A stretch of DNA of 64,000 nt from Burkholderiales bacterium (GCA_031414735.1 JANNWL010000227.1:1909-65908); one strand, 5' to 3'; shown: positions 37,115 to 51,406, counted from the first letter of the stretch. The notes: generated by a model from the letters alone, not told the origin. Numbers and translations: made by a program.

Positions 37115-37256
37115 GACGTTCCTCCTTGAAAATGTTTTGAAACTGTTTTGGGTCGAACCCAATGGCCCGTAACCGTACACCGGCATCCCCCGGCGGCACA
37201 ACACGGGATTGCGCGCACGGACCCCCCTCACTCGCGGGGGTGACGTTGGCGCCGGT

Positions 37257-38759
37257 TCAGCCCGGCGAGCCGCTGCGCCCGTACAGCCGCGACAACTCGG
37301 CCAGCCGGTGCGCATGCCAGGGGTGGACCTGCGCCCACTGGAAGCGCCAGCCCCACCAGCCGGATTCCTGGCCGGGGTAGTTCATGCGGCAATCGGTGGG
37401 CAGGGCCAGAACGTCCTGCATGGGGTGCACCGCCGTGTCGGCCACGCTGGCCATGGCGGCGCGGATCAGCGTCCAGGGCATGTCGTGGCCGTCTGTTGCC
37501 AGGTAGCCGCGGGCGAAGTGGCGTTCGCGGTCGGTGGCCTTGGCCCACCAGCCGGCGGTGGTGTCGTTGTCGTGGGTGCCGCTGTAGACCACGGTGTCGG
37601 GCTCGTGGTTGTGGGGCAGGAAACGGTCTGATGCATCGCCCGCAAACGCGAACTGCAGGATGCGCATGCCGGGCAGGCCGAACTTCTTGCGCAGGGCTTC
37701 CACGTCGGGGGTGATGAGCCCCAGGTCCTCGGCAATGATGGGCATGGGGCCCAGGGCCTTGTTGATGGCCTTGAAAAGCGCCTCGCCCGGGCCGGGCACC
37801 CAGCGCCCCTTGATGGCGGTGGGTTCGCTGGCCGGTATCTCCCAGTAGCCCGCAAAGCCGCGGAAGTGGTCGATGCGCACGATGTCGACGAGTTCGAAGG
37901 TGCGTCGCACGCGCTCCACCCACCAGGCAAAGCCGTCCTTGGCGTGCTCGCTCCAGCGGTACAGCGGGTTGCCCCAGCGCTGGCCCGTGGCACTGAAGAA
38001 GTCCGGCGGCACGCCAGCCACCACGCTAGGGCGGCCGTTTGCGTCCAGCTCAAACAGGTGCTGGTTGGCCCACACCTCGGCGCTGAGGTAGGCGATGAAG
38101 ATAGGCGTGTCGCCGATGATCTCGATGCCGCGGCTGTTGGCGTAGGCCTTCAGCGCCAGCCACTGACGGTAGAAGCTCCATTGGCAGAACTTCCAGAAGG
38201 CGATGCGATCGGCATGCTGCGCTCGTGCGGCAGCCAGGGCGGCGGGCTCGCGCCGGGCCAGGGCCGGGTCCCAGTCGCACCAGTCCTTCCAGTCCAGCGA
38301 TTCGCACAGCGCCATGAACAGCGCGTAGTCCTCGAGCCAGCTCTGGTGTTCGGCGTCGAAGCGGGCTTGGTCAGCCTGCTGCGCCTGGCTGCCTTGCGCA
38401 GTGAAGGCCGCCGCGGCCTTGGCCAGCCGTTCCATGCGGAAGGGGTACATCGCTGCGAAGTTGACCTGCGCGTCGTCCAGGCCGGCCACGGGCGCGAGGT
38501 CGACAGCTTCCAGCCAGCCCTGGCTGTGCAGTTCGGCCAGGTCGATGAGCAAGGGGTTGCCGGCGAAGGCCGAGTTGCTCATGTACGGCGAATTGCCCGG
38601 GCCGATGCCGGCCAGCGGCAGCAACTGCCACAGCTTCTGCCCGGCGCTGGCGAGCCAGTCGACGCAGTGGTAAGCCTCGCGACCGAAGTCGCCGCTGCCG
38701 TGCGGGCCGGGCAGGGATGTGGGATGCAGCAACACGCCGCTGGCTCGGGGGAATCTCAT
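37257..38759 (-). CDS. malQ: 4-alpha-glucanotransferase (amylomaltase, GH77)
   Basis: GVLLHPTSLP, GVPPDFFSATGQRWGNP, RIDHFRG, AEDLG, YSGTHDNDT. Confidence 0.97.
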   Translation of the reverse strand: MRFPRASGVLLHPTSLPGPHGSGDFGREAYHCVDWLASAGQKLWQLLPLAGIGPGNSPYMSNSAFAGNPLLIDLAELHSQGWLEAVDLAPVAGLDDAQVNFAAMYPFRMERLAKAAAAFTAQGSQAQQADQARFDAEHQSWLEDYALFMALCESLDWKDWCDWDPALARREPAALAAARAQHADRIAFWKFCQWSFYRQWLALKAYANSRGIEIIGDTPIFIAYLSAEVWANQHLFELDANGRPSVVAGVPPDFFSATGQRWGNPLYRWSEHAKDGFAWWVERVRRTFELVDIVRIDHFRGFAGYWEIPASEPTAIKGRWVPGPGEALFKAINKALGPMPIIAEDLGLITPDVEALRKKFGLPGMRILQFAFAGDASDRFLPHNHEPDTVVYSGTHDNDTTAGWWAKATDRERHFARGYLATDGHDMPWTLIRAAMASVADTAVHPMQDVLALPTDCRMNYPGQESGWWGWRFQWAQVHPWHAHRLAELSRLYGRSGSPG

Positions 38760-40894
38760 GGTCGGGGTCCTTCAGGGGCGCTGGCGGGCGCTGTGTCGCG
38801 CAGCAGCACCACGCTGCGGGCGCGCAGGTCGAAGTGCAGGGCGTCACCACGCTGCCAGGTGCTGCGGCCGTCGGGCTGCGAGGTGTCGAGTTCGGCCTGC
38901 CACTGTCCAGGCGGCAGTTCGAAATCGCCGTCCAGGTCGCGGCCATTGAAGAGCAGCAGCAGCGGCTGCGTGCTGCGGCCCGGGGCGCCGATGAGCGCGC
39001 CCAGGATGCGCGACATGCGGTTGTTCCAGTGCTCTGCCGTCATGGGCTCGCCGGTGCGGCGCAGCCAGGCCAGGTCGGGCCGACCGCGCGCATCGGCGAC
39101 GCCGGTGTACCAGGCCGTGCCCAGCGGCAACAGCCGCTTGCGCACGGCGATGACATGGGCGGTGAAGTCCAGCAGCGATTGATCGGCCAGGCTCCAGTCG
39201 ATCCAGGTGATCGGGTTGTCCTGGCAGTAGGGGTTGTTGTTGCCGCCCTGGCTGTGGCCCAGCTCGTCGCCTGCGGCCAACATCGGCGTGCCCTGGGACA
39301 ACAGCACGGTGGCAAGCAAGGCGCGCTTCAGCCGATCGCGGCGGGCCAGCACATCGGGGTCGTCGGTGGCGCCTTCCCAGCCGCAGTTCCAGCTCAGGTT
39401 GTGGCCGTGGCCGTCGCGGTTGGACTCGAGGTTGGCCTCGTTGTGGCGCAGGTTGTAGCTGACCAGGTCGGCCAGGGTGAAGCCGTCATGCGAGACGACG
39501 TAGTTCACCGATTCGGCCGGCGGCCGCATGCGCGACTGGTAGATGTCGGACGAGCCCGCCACGCGCAGCGCGAGTTCGCCGCGCGTGCAGTCCCCGCCCA
39601 GCCAGAAGGCGCGCGCAGTGTCACGGAATCGGTCGTTCCATTCGAGCCAGCCGCGCGGGAAGCCGCCGGGCTGGTAGCCGCCCATCCCCAGGTCCCAGGG
39701 CTCGGCGATCATCTTTACTCCCTGCAGTGCCGGGTCTTGCTGCAGCGTCTTGAAGAAGGGCCCGTAGCGGTCGAAGCCGTGGCTGCCGCGGCCCAGCACG
39801 GGGGCCAGGTCGAAGCGGAAGCCGTCGACGTGCATCTCCTGCACCCAGTAGCGCAGGCTGTCCATCACCATCTGCAGCACACGCGGGTGGCGGATGTTGA
39901 CGGTGTTGCCGCAGCCGCTGAGGTTCTCGTAATGCTGTGGCGCCTCGGGCGGCAGCCGGTACCAGTGCTGGTTGTCCAGGCCGCGCCAGCTGATCGTGGG
40001 GCCGCGCTCGTCGCCCTCCACGGTGTGGTTGTAGACGACGTCCAGCACCACCTCCAGCCCGGCGGCGTGCAGCCGGCGCACCATCTCGCGGAACTCGTTG
40101 CGCGGGTGGTTGGTGGCGGCGTAGCGCGGCTCGGGGCAGAAAAAACCCAGTGTGTTGTAGCCCCAGTGGTTGCGCAGGCCGTGCTGCACCAGGCGCTGTT
40201 CGTCCAGGATCTGGTGCACCGGCAGCAGGCTGACGGCGGTGACGCCCAGCCGCTTGAGGTGCCCCAGCGCCGCGTCCGACCCCAGTGCAGCGAAGGTGCC
40301 CTGTTCGGCCTCGGGCACGCCGGGCATCAGGCGGGTGAAGCCGCGCACGTGGGTTTCGTACAGCACGGTGTCGGCCAGCGGCGTGGCGGGCGGCCGGTCG
40401 CCCTGCCAGTCGAACGCGTCCTGCACCACGCGCGCCTTGTGCGCGTGGTGGCCGTTGTCGCGCGTGTCCATGTGCTGCGGGAACTCCGCGTCGGCGCCGA
40501 AGTGCGGGCCACGCCAGTCGAAGCCGCCGGGCGGCGCCACGATCTCGCGCGCCCAGGGGTCGAGCAGCAGCTTGTGCGGGTTGAAGCGGTGGCCGCGGTC
40601 GGGCCGCCAGGGGCCGTGCGCGCGCAGACCGTAGACGAGACCCGGCGCCGCGCCGGGCAGGCGGCCGTGCCAGACATCGCCGCTGCGCCCGGGCAGCGGC
40701 CAGCGCGCGATTTCACGTTCGCCCTGGGCGTCGAACAGGCACAGGTCCAGCTGCGTGGCGTTGGCGGAGAAGACGGCGAAGTTGACGCCCTGCGCGTCGG
40801 CATGCGCACCCAGCGGCCAAGGTCTGCCGGCTTCGAGTGCCGAGGGCTGCATGCTGGTGGCCGCTGCCACGGGCTGCGCGGTCAACCAATCCAT
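38756..40894 (-). CDS. glgX: Glycogen debranching enzyme GlgX
   Basis: [51 protein letters not shown]; start is 40894 or 40852. Confidence 0.96.
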   Translation of the reverse strand: MDWLTAQPVAAATSMQPSALEAGRPWPLGAHADAQGVNFAVFSANATQLDLCLFDAQGEREIARWPLPGRSGDVWHGRLPGAAPGLVYGLRAHGPWRPDRGHRFNPHKLLLDPWAREIVAPPGGFDWRGPHFGADAEFPQHMDTRDNGHHAHKARVVQDAFDWQGDRPPATPLADTVLYETHVRGFTRLMPGVPEAEQGTFAALGSDAALGHLKRLGVTAVSLLPVHQILDEQRLVQHGLRNHWGYNTLGFFCPEPRYAATNHPRNEFREMVRRLHAAGLEVVLDVVYNHTVEGDERGPTISWRGLDNQHWYRLPPEAPQHYENLSGCGNTVNIRHPRVLQMVMDSLRYWVQEMHVDGFRFDLAPVLGRGSHGFDRYGPFFKTLQQDPALQGVKMIAEPWDLGMGGYQPGGFPRGWLEWNDRFRDTARAFWLGGDCTRGELALRVAGSSDIYQSRMRPPAESVNYVVSHDGFTLADLVSYNLRHNEANLESNRDGHGHNLSWNCGWEGATDDPDVLARRDRLKRALLATVLLSQGTPMLAAGDELGHSQGGNNNPYCQDNPITWIDWSLADQSLLDFTAHVIAVRKRLLPLGTAWYTGVADARGRPDLAWLRRTGEPMTAEHWNNRMSRILGALIGAPGRSTQPLLLLFNGRDLDGDFELPPGQWQAELDTSQPDGRSTWQRGDALHFDLRARSVVLLRDTAPASAPEGPRP

Positions 40895-43044
40895 TCGAGG
40901 AACACGGTGGCCAGCGGCGGCAGGTTCAGCACCAGCGATTGCCCGCGGCCGTGGCTGTGCACCGGCTCGCTGGTGGCCACGCCCAGCGGCGTGCCCACGT
41001 TGCTGCCGCCGTAGTAGGCCGAATCGGTGTTCAGCCGCTCCTGCCAGCGCCCTGCAGCCGGCACGCCCAGGCGGAAGCCGTGGTGCACCACGGGCGCGAA
41101 GTTGCACACCACCAGCACCAGCCCGCCGGCGGCCGACCGGCGCACGAAGCTCAGCGTGCTGCGCCGCGCGTCATCGTGGTCTATCCACTCGAAGCCGGCA
41201 GGGGTGAAGTCCTGTTCGTGCAGCGCTGCGGTGCTGCGGTAGAGTTGGTTGAGGTCGCGCACCAGGCGCTGCACGCCGGCATGTTCGGCTTCAGCCAGCA
41301 GGTGCCAGTCCAGGCTGACGTCGTGGTTCCACTCAGCCGCTTGCGCAAACTCGCAGCCCATGAACATCAGTTTCTTGCCCGGGTGGCCGAACATGAAGCC
41401 GTAGTAGGCGCGCAGGTTGGCGAACTGTTGCCAGCGATCCCCGGGCATCTTGCCCAGCATCGAGCCCTTGCCGTGCACCACCTCGTCGTGCGAGAGCGGC
41501 AGCACGAAGTTCTCGGTGAAGGCGTAGACCAGGCCGAAGGTCATCTCGCCATGGTGGTAGGGGCGGTGGATGGGGTCGCGGGCGATGTAGGCCAGCGTGT
41601 CGTGCATCCAGCCCATGTTCCATTTGTAGTGGAAGCCCAGGCCGCCGGCGTAGGTGGGGCGGCTGACACCGGGGAAGGCGGTGGACTCTTCGGCCAGCGT
41701 CACCGCCTGCGGGCGTTCTGCGCCGATGACTTCGTTGGTGCGCTTGAGAAGGGCGATAGCCTCCAGGTTCTCGCGCCCGCCGTGCACGTTGGGGATCCAC
41801 TCGCCGGCCTTGCGGCTGTAGTCGCGGTAGAGCATCGAGGCCACGGCGTCGACGCGCAGGCCGTCGATGTCGAAACGCTCCAGCCAGTACAGCGCGCTGC
41901 CGACGAGAAAGTTCTGCACCTCGGTGCGTCCGAAGTTGTAGATGAGGGTGTTCCAGTCGGTGTGGAAACCCTCGCGCCGGTCGGCGTACTCGTACAGGTG
42001 GGTGCCGTCGAACTGCGCCAGGCCGTGGGCGTCGGACGGAAAGTGTGCTGGTACCCAGTCCAGCAGCACGCCCAACCCGGCGGCATGCGCGCGGTCGACC
42101 AGGCGGCGCAGGCCGGCGGCGTCGCCGAAGCGCGAGGTGGCGGCGTACAGGCCCAGTGTCTGGTAGCCCCATGAGCCGTCGAAGGGGTGCTCGCTGACGG
42201 GCATCAGCTCCAGGTGGGTGAAGCCCATGTCTTGCGCGTAGGGCACCAGCTCGTCGGCCAGTTCGTCCCAGGTCAGCCAGCGGTCGCGGTCCTCGGGCTT
42301 GCGGCGCCAGCTGCCCAGGTGCACCTCGTAGATGCTCATCGGCGCGGCCAGCCCGTTGGCGGCGGCGCGCGCAGGCGAGGGCGCGGCCACGGGCGGCATG
42401 ACGGCCACCACGCTGGCCGTGGCCGGGCGCAACTCTGACTGGCGGGCAAACGGGTCGGCCTTCTGCGGCAGCAGGTGGCCGTTCGCGTCGAGCAACTCGA
42501 ACTTGTAGGCCGCGCCCACGGAGACGCCGGGCAGGAAGATTTCCCACACGCCGCACTCGCGGCGCAGCCGCATCGGGTGGCGGCGGCCGTCCCACACATT
42601 GAACTCGCCGACGACGCTGACGCGCGACGCATTCGGGGCCCACACCGCAAACGAAATGCCCGCACAGCCGTTCGTCTGCCGGGGCGTGGCGCCGAGAATC
42701 TCGTAGGGCCGCAGGTGCGAGCCCTCGGCCAGCAGCCAGGCGTCCATGTCACCCAGCACGGGGCCGAATCGGTAGGGATCGTCCAGCACCGCCGGCAGGC
42801 CGTCGTGCCAGGTCACAGCCAGTTGGTAGGCGCCAGGAGGCACCTGCGCTTCGAACACACCGTCGACGTGGCGCAACAGCATGGGCGTGCGCTGGTCGCC
42901 ATGCAGCACCTGCACCGCCCGGGCACCGGGCAGGAAGGCGCGTACCCAGGTCTCCCCCAGCGCATCGACATGCGGACCCAGCACCGCAAACGGGTCGGCA
43001 AGCCGACCCGTTCGCACTTGTTCTACTTCCTGGAGGTTCAGCAT
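40882..43044 (-). CDS. glgB: 1,4-alpha-glucan branching enzyme GlgB
   Basis: [52 protein letters not shown]. Confidence 0.98.
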   Translation of the reverse strand: MLNLQEVEQVRTGRLADPFAVLGPHVDALGETWVRAFLPGARAVQVLHGDQRTPMLLRHVDGVFEAQVPPGAYQLAVTWHDGLPAVLDDPYRFGPVLGDMDAWLLAEGSHLRPYEILGATPRQTNGCAGISFAVWAPNASRVSVVGEFNVWDGRRHPMRLRRECGVWEIFLPGVSVGAAYKFELLDANGHLLPQKADPFARQSELRPATASVVAVMPPVAAPSPARAAANGLAAPMSIYEVHLGSWRRKPEDRDRWLTWDELADELVPYAQDMGFTHLELMPVSEHPFDGSWGYQTLGLYAATSRFGDAAGLRRLVDRAHAAGLGVLLDWVPAHFPSDAHGLAQFDGTHLYEYADRREGFHTDWNTLIYNFGRTEVQNFLVGSALYWLERFDIDGLRVDAVASMLYRDYSRKAGEWIPNVHGGRENLEAIALLKRTNEVIGAERPQAVTLAEESTAFPGVSRPTYAGGLGFHYKWNMGWMHDTLAYIARDPIHRPYHHGEMTFGLVYAFTENFVLPLSHDEVVHGKGSMLGKMPGDRWQQFANLRAYYGFMFGHPGKKLMFMGCEFAQAAEWNHDVSLDWHLLAEAEHAGVQRLVRDLNQLYRSTAALHEQDFTPAGFEWIDHDDARRSTLSFVRRSAAGGLVLVVCNFAPVVHHGFRLGVPAAGRWQERLNTDSAYYGGSNVGTPLGVATSEPVHSHGRGQSLVLNLPPLATVFLEWIG

Positions 43045-43089
43045 CGTGGACGGATTATCACGACCGCCGCGCCCATCAAGAAACCGGTA

Positions 43090-45519
<2,430 letters not shown>

Positions 45520-45593
45520 GAGGTGTTCGACGGATGCCGTTGTGGAGCCAGAATGTCCGATTCTGCCGTCGACCTGCACCGAAGGAATTTCAC

Positions 45594-46859
45594 ATGACGC
45601 CCCTTGAAGTCACCCAGGGCCTGGACCTGCCGCGCCGCGCCGTCGCGCTGGTGCTTGCCGGCGGCCGCGGCAGCCGCTTGAAGCAGCTCACGGCGACGCG
45701 TGCGCAGCCGGCCGTGCCCTTCGGCGGCAAGTTCCGCATCGTCGACTTCGCGCTGTCGAACTGCATGAACTCGGGCATTCGCCGCATCGGCGTCATCACC
45801 CAATACAAGAGCCACAGCTTGCTGCGCCACCTGCAGCGCGGCTGGGCCTTCCTGAAGAGCGAGATGAACGAGTTCGTCGACCTGCTGCCCGCGCAGCAGC
45901 GCGTCGACGAGGAGTCGTGGTACCGAGGCACGGCGGATGCCGTCTACCAGAACCAGGACATCCTGGCCGCCTACCGAGCCGACTACATCGTCGTCCTGGC
46001 CGGTGACCACGTCTACAAGATGGACTACGCGCTGATGCTGGCCGACCACGTGGCTCTGGGGCGCGAATGCACGGTGGGCTGCGTCGAGGTCTCGCGCGAC
46101 GAGGCGCGTTACTTCGGCGTGATGGCCATGGACGAGCAGCGTTGCATTACGCACTTCGTTGAAAAGCCGCCCGAGCCACCGACCCTGCCCGGCAAGCCCG
46201 ACCGCAGCCTGGCCAGCATGGGCGTCTACATCTTCAACGCCCGCTTCCTGTACCGCGAACTCGAACGCGACATGGCCGACCCCGGCTCCAGCCACGACTT
46301 CGGCAAGGACATCATTCCCGCCGTGGTGCGCGCCGGCCAGGCCTCGGCCCACCCCTTCGAGCTGAGCTCGGTGGGAGGCAAGCTCGGTCATGCGCCCTAC
46401 TGGCGCGATGTCGGCACGATCGACGCCTACTGGGACGCCAACATCGACCTCACCGCAACCGACCCGCTGCTCAACCTGTACGACACCAACTGGCCGATCT
46501 GGACCTACCAGCCGCAGTTGCCGCCAGCCAAGTTCGTGCACAACCAGGACGATCGCCGCGGCGCCGCGATCGAGTCGCTGGTCTCGGGCGGCTGCATCGT
46601 GTCGGGCTCGGTGCTGCGTTCGGTGCTGTTCTCGTCGGTGCGCGTGCACTCGTACGCCACCGTCAGCTGGAGCGTGCTGCTGCCGGGCGTGCAGGTGGGC
46701 CGCCACGCGCGCATCACGCGGGCGGTGATCGACCGCGACTGCAGCATCCCAGACGGCATGGTCATCGGCGAGGACCCCGCGGCAGACGCCGCACGCTTCG
46801 AGCGCACCGGGTCGGGCATCACCCTGGTCACGCGAGACATGCTGCGCCGCCTGCAGTAA
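45594..46859 (+). CDS. glgC: Glucose-1-phosphate adenylyltransferase GlgC
   Basis: [49 protein letters not shown]; AAGGAA RBS. Confidence 0.97.
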   Translation: MTPLEVTQGLDLPRRAVALVLAGGRGSRLKQLTATRAQPAVPFGGKFRIVDFALSNCMNSGIRRIGVITQYKSHSLLRHLQRGWAFLKSEMNEFVDLLPAQQRVDEESWYRGTADAVYQNQDILAAYRADYIVVLAGDHVYKMDYALMLADHVALGRECTVGCVEVSRDEARYFGVMAMDEQRCITHFVEKPPEPPTLPGKPDRSLASMGVYIFNARFLYRELERDMADPGSSHDFGKDIIPAVVRAGQASAHPFELSSVGGKLGHAPYWRDVGTIDAYWDANIDLTATDPLLNLYDTNWPIWTYQPQLPPAKFVHNQDDRRGAAIESLVSGGCIVSGSVLRSVLFSSVRVHSYATVSWSVLLPGVQVGRHARITRAVIDRDCSIPDGMVIGEDPAADAARFERTGSGITLVTRDMLRRLQ

Positions 46860-46889
46860 ACGTTTTTCAGAAGTAGAAGAGGTTTTCGC

Positions 46890-48425
46890 ATGAGAGTGCT
46901 GCACGTGGCGGCGGAGGTGTTCCCCCTGGTCAAGACCGGGGGCCTGGCCGATGTCCTGGCCGCCCTGCCGGTGGCGCAGGCCGACCTGGGTGCCGACGTG
47001 CGCCTGCTGCTGCCCGGGCTGCCCGCCGTGCTGGACGCGGTGAACAGCGCGCGCACGGTCATCAACATCGGCGCCGGCTTCGGTGCCTTGCGCGCCCGCC
47101 TGCTGCTGGCTCGCATGCCGGGCAGCAAGTTGCCCGTCTACGTGGTGGACGCGCCGCATCTGTACCGGCGTGGCGGCAGCCCTTACCAGAACAGCCGCGG
47201 TGACGAGTGGCCCGACAACCTCCAGCGCTTTGCCCTGCTCGGCTGGGTGGCGGCCCACCTGGCCTCGGGCGATGCCGACGAGCAATGGGTGCCCGATGTG
47301 GTGAACGCGCACGACTGGCATGCCGCCATGGCCTGCGCCTACATCGCCGAGCACGAACCGACCCAGGCCGCCACCATCTTCACCGTGCACAACCTGGCCT
47401 ACCAGGGCCTGTTCCCGATGCAGGACTGGGCGCTGCTGGGCATGCCATCGCGCCTGATGTCGCCGTCGGGTCTCGAATACCACGGCCAGCTCAGCTTCAT
47501 GAAGGCCGGGCTGAAGTTCTCGCACCAGGTCACCACCGTCAGCCCGACCTACGCGCGCGAGATCGCCACCCACGAGTTCGGCTGCGGGCTGGACGGCGTC
47601 ATCCGCGGCCGCCACACCCCCGTGGTCGGCATCCTGAACGGCATCGACGACGCCGTCTGGAACCCGGCCCTGGACCCGGCCATCGCCCAGCGCTACGACG
47701 CTGAGCGACCGCAGGGCAAGGTGGCCTGCCGTCGTGCCTTGCAGGCCGACATGCAGCTTGAGCCCGACGACGACGCCTTGATCGTCACCTTGATCACCCG
47801 CCTGACGGCACAAAAAGGGCTGGATCTGGTGCTGGCGGCCCTGCCGGAGCTGCTGCGCGCCGGCGTGCAGTTCGTGGTGCAGGGCACGGGCGACGCCGCG
47901 CTGCAATCGGCCTTCCAGGCCGCCCAACAGGCCCACCCAGGGCGCGTCCACATTCATGTCGGCTACGACGAAGCCCGCGCCCACCGCCTGGTGGCCGGGG
48001 CCGACGTGATTGCCGTGCCGTCACGCTTCGAGCCCTGCGGCCTGACCCAGATGTACGGTCTGCGCTATGGCACGCTGCCCGTGGTGCGCCGCGTTGGCGG
48101 CTTGGCTGACACCGTGGTTGACGCCACGCCAGAGAACCTGGCCAGCGGGCTGGCGACGGGCTTCGTGTTCGATGCGGCCACGCCAGCCGCCTTCGAGCGC
48201 AGCATTCGTGCGGCGCTGGCAGTGCGGAGCGACGCCGCAACCTGGCGACGAATGACCACCACGGCAATGGCCCAACGTTTCTCCTGGGCCGGTCCGGCGC
48301 GCGACTACCTCAGCCTGTACGCCAACGTTCAGGCCGCCTGCGGGCTGGGGCTGGCGGGCCTGCAACACGGGGCCAAGGAGACTTTCAACGAACTTCCGCC
48401 CAGTCCCGGGCCCAAGGTCAACTAG
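46890..48425 (+). CDS. glgA: Glycogen synthase GlgA
   Basis: [30 protein letters not shown]. Confidence 0.97.
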   Translation: MRVLHVAAEVFPLVKTGGLADVLAALPVAQADLGADVRLLLPGLPAVLDAVNSARTVINIGAGFGALRARLLLARMPGSKLPVYVVDAPHLYRRGGSPYQNSRGDEWPDNLQRFALLGWVAAHLASGDADEQWVPDVVNAHDWHAAMACAYIAEHEPTQAATIFTVHNLAYQGLFPMQDWALLGMPSRLMSPSGLEYHGQLSFMKAGLKFSHQVTTVSPTYAREIATHEFGCGLDGVIRGRHTPVVGILNGIDDAVWNPALDPAIAQRYDAERPQGKVACRRALQADMQLEPDDDALIVTLITRLTAQKGLDLVLAALPELLRAGVQFVVQGTGDAALQSAFQAAQQAHPGRVHIHVGYDEARAHRLVAGADVIAVPSRFEPCGLTQMYGLRYGTLPVVRRVGGLADTVVDATPENLASGLATGFVFDAATPAAFERSIRAALAVRSDAATWRRMTTTAMAQRFSWAGPARDYLSLYANVQAACGLGLAGLQHGAKETFNELPPSPGPKVN

Positions 48426-48525
48426 CGCCGCACGGAACCGCCCCGAATCGTCGGCCGCGGCCCTTGGCTTGAGCACCCGGCATTCCGCGCCCCATCTCGA
48501 AGACCGACCAACCCAGGAGACGTCA

Positions 48526-49434
48526 ATGGCCACCCAGCCCGCCAAGACCAGCCACCCGACCAAGCCCAGGGCCCGTTCCCTTCATATTGGCCTGAACCTC
48601 GTCAGCGCTGCGGCCTATGAAGGCTGGACTGGGCCACTGGCCGCCTGTGAATTTGATGCCAATGACATGGCCGCCATTGCCAAGTCCAGGGGCATGGCAT
48701 CGACGGTGCTGTTGACCAAGAAAGCCACACGCGCCGCTGTGCTGTCGAGCACGCGCGCAGCGGCTCGGGCCCTGAAATCGGGCGACTTTTTCTTCATGAG
48801 CTATTCGGGTCACGGCGGGCAGGTCGCCGACGCCAATGGCGACGAGCCGGACAAGAAGGACGAAACCTGGTGCCTGTACGACGGCCAGCTCATCGACGAC
48901 GAGCTGTACTTCGAACTCAGCCGCTTCGCCGCCGGCGTGCGCGTTCTGGTGTTGTCCGACAGTTGCCACAGCGGCAGCGTGACTCGCGAGGCGCCCCCGC
49001 CGCCGCCGCCGCCTGGCCAGCGCGTGAAGCTGATGCCTGACGCCGTCGCACGTCGGGTCTACACCAAGCACCAAGCGTTTTACGACAAGCTGCAAGCGGA
49101 CGTGGGCAAGGCAGCGGGAGCTGCCATCGTCGACCCCGACCATGCCCTGGCCCAGGTCGGCTCGGCCGCCCATGCGACGGCAGTGGTGGGCCGGTTCAGG
49201 CCCTCGGTGGTGTTGATCTCGGGCTGTCAGGACAACCAGACATCGATGGATGGCGATCACAACGGCGCCTTCACGGAGAGGCTTCTGAAGGTGTGGAACA
49301 ACGGCGGCTACATGGGCAGTTACCGCGCGTTCCACTCGCGCATCCGCGCCGCCATGCCGGCGACCCAGTCGCCAAACCTGTTCGTGCTGGGGCCGGCGGG
49401 CAGCTTCCTGGCGCAAACGCCGTTCACGGTCTGA
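48526..49434 (+). CDS. Caspase-family (peptidase C14, metacaspase-like) protein
   Basis: SLHIGLN, ACEFDA, YSGHGGQ (His), SDSCHSG (Cys), SGCQDNQTS; CAGGAG RBS. Confidence 0.92.
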   Translation: MATQPAKTSHPTKPRARSLHIGLNLVSAAAYEGWTGPLAACEFDANDMAAIAKSRGMASTVLLTKKATRAAVLSSTRAAARALKSGDFFFMSYSGHGGQVADANGDEPDKKDETWCLYDGQLIDDELYFELSRFAAGVRVLVLSDSCHSGSVTREAPPPPPPPGQRVKLMPDAVARRVYTKHQAFYDKLQADVGKAAGAAIVDPDHALAQVGSAAHATAVVGRFRPSVVLISGCQDNQTSMDGDHNGAFTERLLKVWNNGGYMGSYRAFHSRIRAAMPATQSPNLFVLGPAGSFLAQTPFTV

Positions 49435-49477
49435 CTCGCCACGTGCCGGCCCACTTCGGGCTGGCACACACGGACAA

Positions 49478-50191
49478 CTACGGGTCGCGGCCGGGGCGAC
49501 TTTGCACGACCTGCCAGCGTCCGTCGACCCAGCGCGAAACCATCAAGGTGTACACACCCGCCCGTTGGTAGTCGCGCGCTTCGCGGCGAAGGGGCACGAG
49601 TTGCCCGTTCTGGAATGCGTGGTGATCGGTGCCGTAACGGGTGGCGGTGTCGCGCCACTCGCTGGTCAGTTCCCGGGTCGCCGCAACGGGCTGGGGTGCC
49701 CCGAGGTCGTCCAACGCGGTGCTGGACACAAACTTGCCGCTCGCGGGGTCGTAGAGCCAGTGCAGGCAGGGCAGGGTGGCGCCGGCAGAGCGGGACTCGA
49801 CGAGTCGGATATCGGCATAGCCGTCGAAGTTCATGTCGACCACATCGAATCCGGGTGCCTGCGCCGACCAGGGTGTCTGCGTGTCCAGGCCGGTGATGAT
49901 CTGTGCGGGTGCGGCGTCCGTGCCGCGTCGAATCTCGATGGACTTGACGAACAGCGTCCCTGCGGAATTGGGCGCCGTGTCGGCCCGAACAGTGAATTTC
50001 AACTCGGGCAGGTCAGGATGAATTCGCGCCGTGATGACGGCGGCGTAACCGGACACCGAAGCGGCCGGGGCCGATGCCGGCACCACCACGCCAGTTGCGC
50101 CAGTTGCGGCCGGTGGCGCTGCTGCCCGGTCGCACCCGGGCAGCCACAAACACAGCGCCAACAGGCCCGGGGCTGCGGCTCGGCCCGTCAC
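49478..50191 (-). CDS. Lipoprotein with an XAC2610-like (peptidoglycan-hydrolase inhibitor) motif
   Basis: Lipobox LPGC; DMNFDGYADIRL...WLYDPASGKF motif recalled from the XAC2610-related family. Confidence 0.7.
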   Translation of the reverse strand: MTGRAAAPGLLALCLWLPGCDRAAAPPAATGATGVVVPASAPAASVSGYAAVITARIHPDLPELKFTVRADTAPNSAGTLFVKSIEIRRGTDAAPAQIITGLDTQTPWSAQAPGFDVVDMNFDGYADIRLVESRSAGATLPCLHWLYDPASGKFVSSTALDDLGAPQPVAATRELTSEWRDTATRYGTDHHAFQNGQLVPLRREARDYQRAGVYTLMVSRWVDGRWQVVQSRPGRDP

Positions 50192-50196
50192 CGTGC

Positions 50197-50991
50197 TTAC
50201 AGGCCGAGGCCAAGCACGGCTTTGGCCCGACGCAAGTTCTGCATGCGGTCGTCCAGCCCATTGAAGCCGCCGTTGATGCGGCGGGTGACAGCCTTCACGT
50301 CGTCTTGCTCGGCCAGCTTGTCAACGCCACGGTCCTTCCAGAACCAGCAAGAAACATCCACCGCCACCAGCGGGTCGGTGGACAGCCGCTCCGGCTGCGC
50401 CAGATAGTCGACTCCGGTGTACTTGCTGTAGGCCGCGTAGTTGGCCCGGCCGGTGAGCTGGATCAGTCCGCGGCCCTTGAAACGCTTGCCGTCGCCGGGC
50501 TGGGTGTTGCCCAGGTCGGTGCGCCCTTCATAGGCTGCGCCGCTGGCGATCTCCTCGGAATACAGAAAGGACATCGACTCGTGCCCAAGCTGCGCGACGA
50601 AGTGCGCCGCCTGCAGCGCCGTCGTGATGCCGTACTTCGTCATGCCGGCCTTCAGCGGTTCGAAGTACATCTCGATGCGGTTGTTGGAGGCCAAGGGCAG
50701 CACGATGGCCAGCTTTTCCTTGGTGGCCCCTGGCCGCAAGCCGGCCAGCAAGGCTTGGATCGTCGCGTCCCCGGGGACGATCAGCTGATCGGACTCGGGC
50801 AGTTTCATCACGCGCGTCTCGAACAGCTGGATGCCCCGCAAGGTGTTCGGTCCAATGCGGCCGTCCGGGTTGAGTCGGGGCATCGTCGAGTCATCGATGC
50901 GGCCGAGATTCTCGTTCAACAAAATCTGTACGGCGGCCACGTCGGCCAAGTCGTTGCGGGCGCCACGCCCGACGCTGCTTGCAATGCACAT
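50197..50991 (-). CDS. GH19 family peptidoglycan hydrolase/chitinase with an N-terminal PG-binding-like domain
   Basis: HFVAQLGHES (catalytic Glu), FKGRGLIQLTGRANY, RRINGGFNGLDDR; N-terminal SVG..ARN..ADV..VQILLN. Confidence 0.9.
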   Translation of the reverse strand: MCIASSVGRGARNDLADVAAVQILLNENLGRIDDSTMPRLNPDGRIGPNTLRGIQLFETRVMKLPESDQLIVPGDATIQALLAGLRPGATKEKLAIVLPLASNNRIEMYFEPLKAGMTKYGITTALQAAHFVAQLGHESMSFLYSEEIASGAAYEGRTDLGNTQPGDGKRFKGRGLIQLTGRANYAAYSKYTGVDYLAQPERLSTDPLVAVDVSCWFWKDRGVDKLAEQDDVKAVTRRINGGFNGLDDRMQNLRRAKAVLGLGL

Positions 50992-51029
50992 GTTCAGGCT
51001 CCTTTGACGCGCGAGGCTGCGCTGGCGGG

Positions 51030-51058
51030 AAGTTAAGCGTTGCCTCCCGGTGTGTCAA
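51030..51058 (-). promoter_or_regulatory. Sigma-70 promoter of the GH19-lipoprotein operon
   Basis: Minus strand TTGACA-N17-TAACTT, followed by an AAAGGAG RBS. Confidence 0.7.
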
Positions 51059-51072
51059 CGCCAGCCTCACCC

Positions 51073-51369
51073 CTAGCTTATGGAGTCGTCAGTCGCGTTT
51101 GTTGCTGGCGTCGCGCCGTGACGGATGTCAAGCCTGCCAGCGCGCTGGATGACCGTGTGTTTTGCGACGCGACCGCGCACGCGCTTGCGCCACATCCTGA
51201 ACGAGCTGCCCTTCAGCTGCCGGCGCATCAATGCGATGACGGCGGGCTCGTTCAACCCGAACTGCGCCTTGATGACGTCGAAAGGCGTGCGATCGTCCCA
51301 CGCCATCTCGATGACCCGCGACAGGTCTGCGGTGGACAGCTTGTGGGGCTCTGCGCGAGGTGCTGTCAC
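51073..51369 (-). CDS. TIGR03643/DUF2805 family protein
   Basis: RVIEMAWDDRTPFDVI, LMRRQLKGSSFRMWRKRVRGRVAKH. Confidence 0.9.
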   Translation of the reverse strand: MTAPRAEPHKLSTADLSRVIEMAWDDRTPFDVIKAQFGLNEPAVIALMRRQLKGSSFRMWRKRVRGRVAKHTVIQRAGRLDIRHGATPATNATDDSIS

Positions 51370-51406
51370 GGCACTGAGATTGGGAAGCGGCTTGGCCGGA
51401 TCAGGT

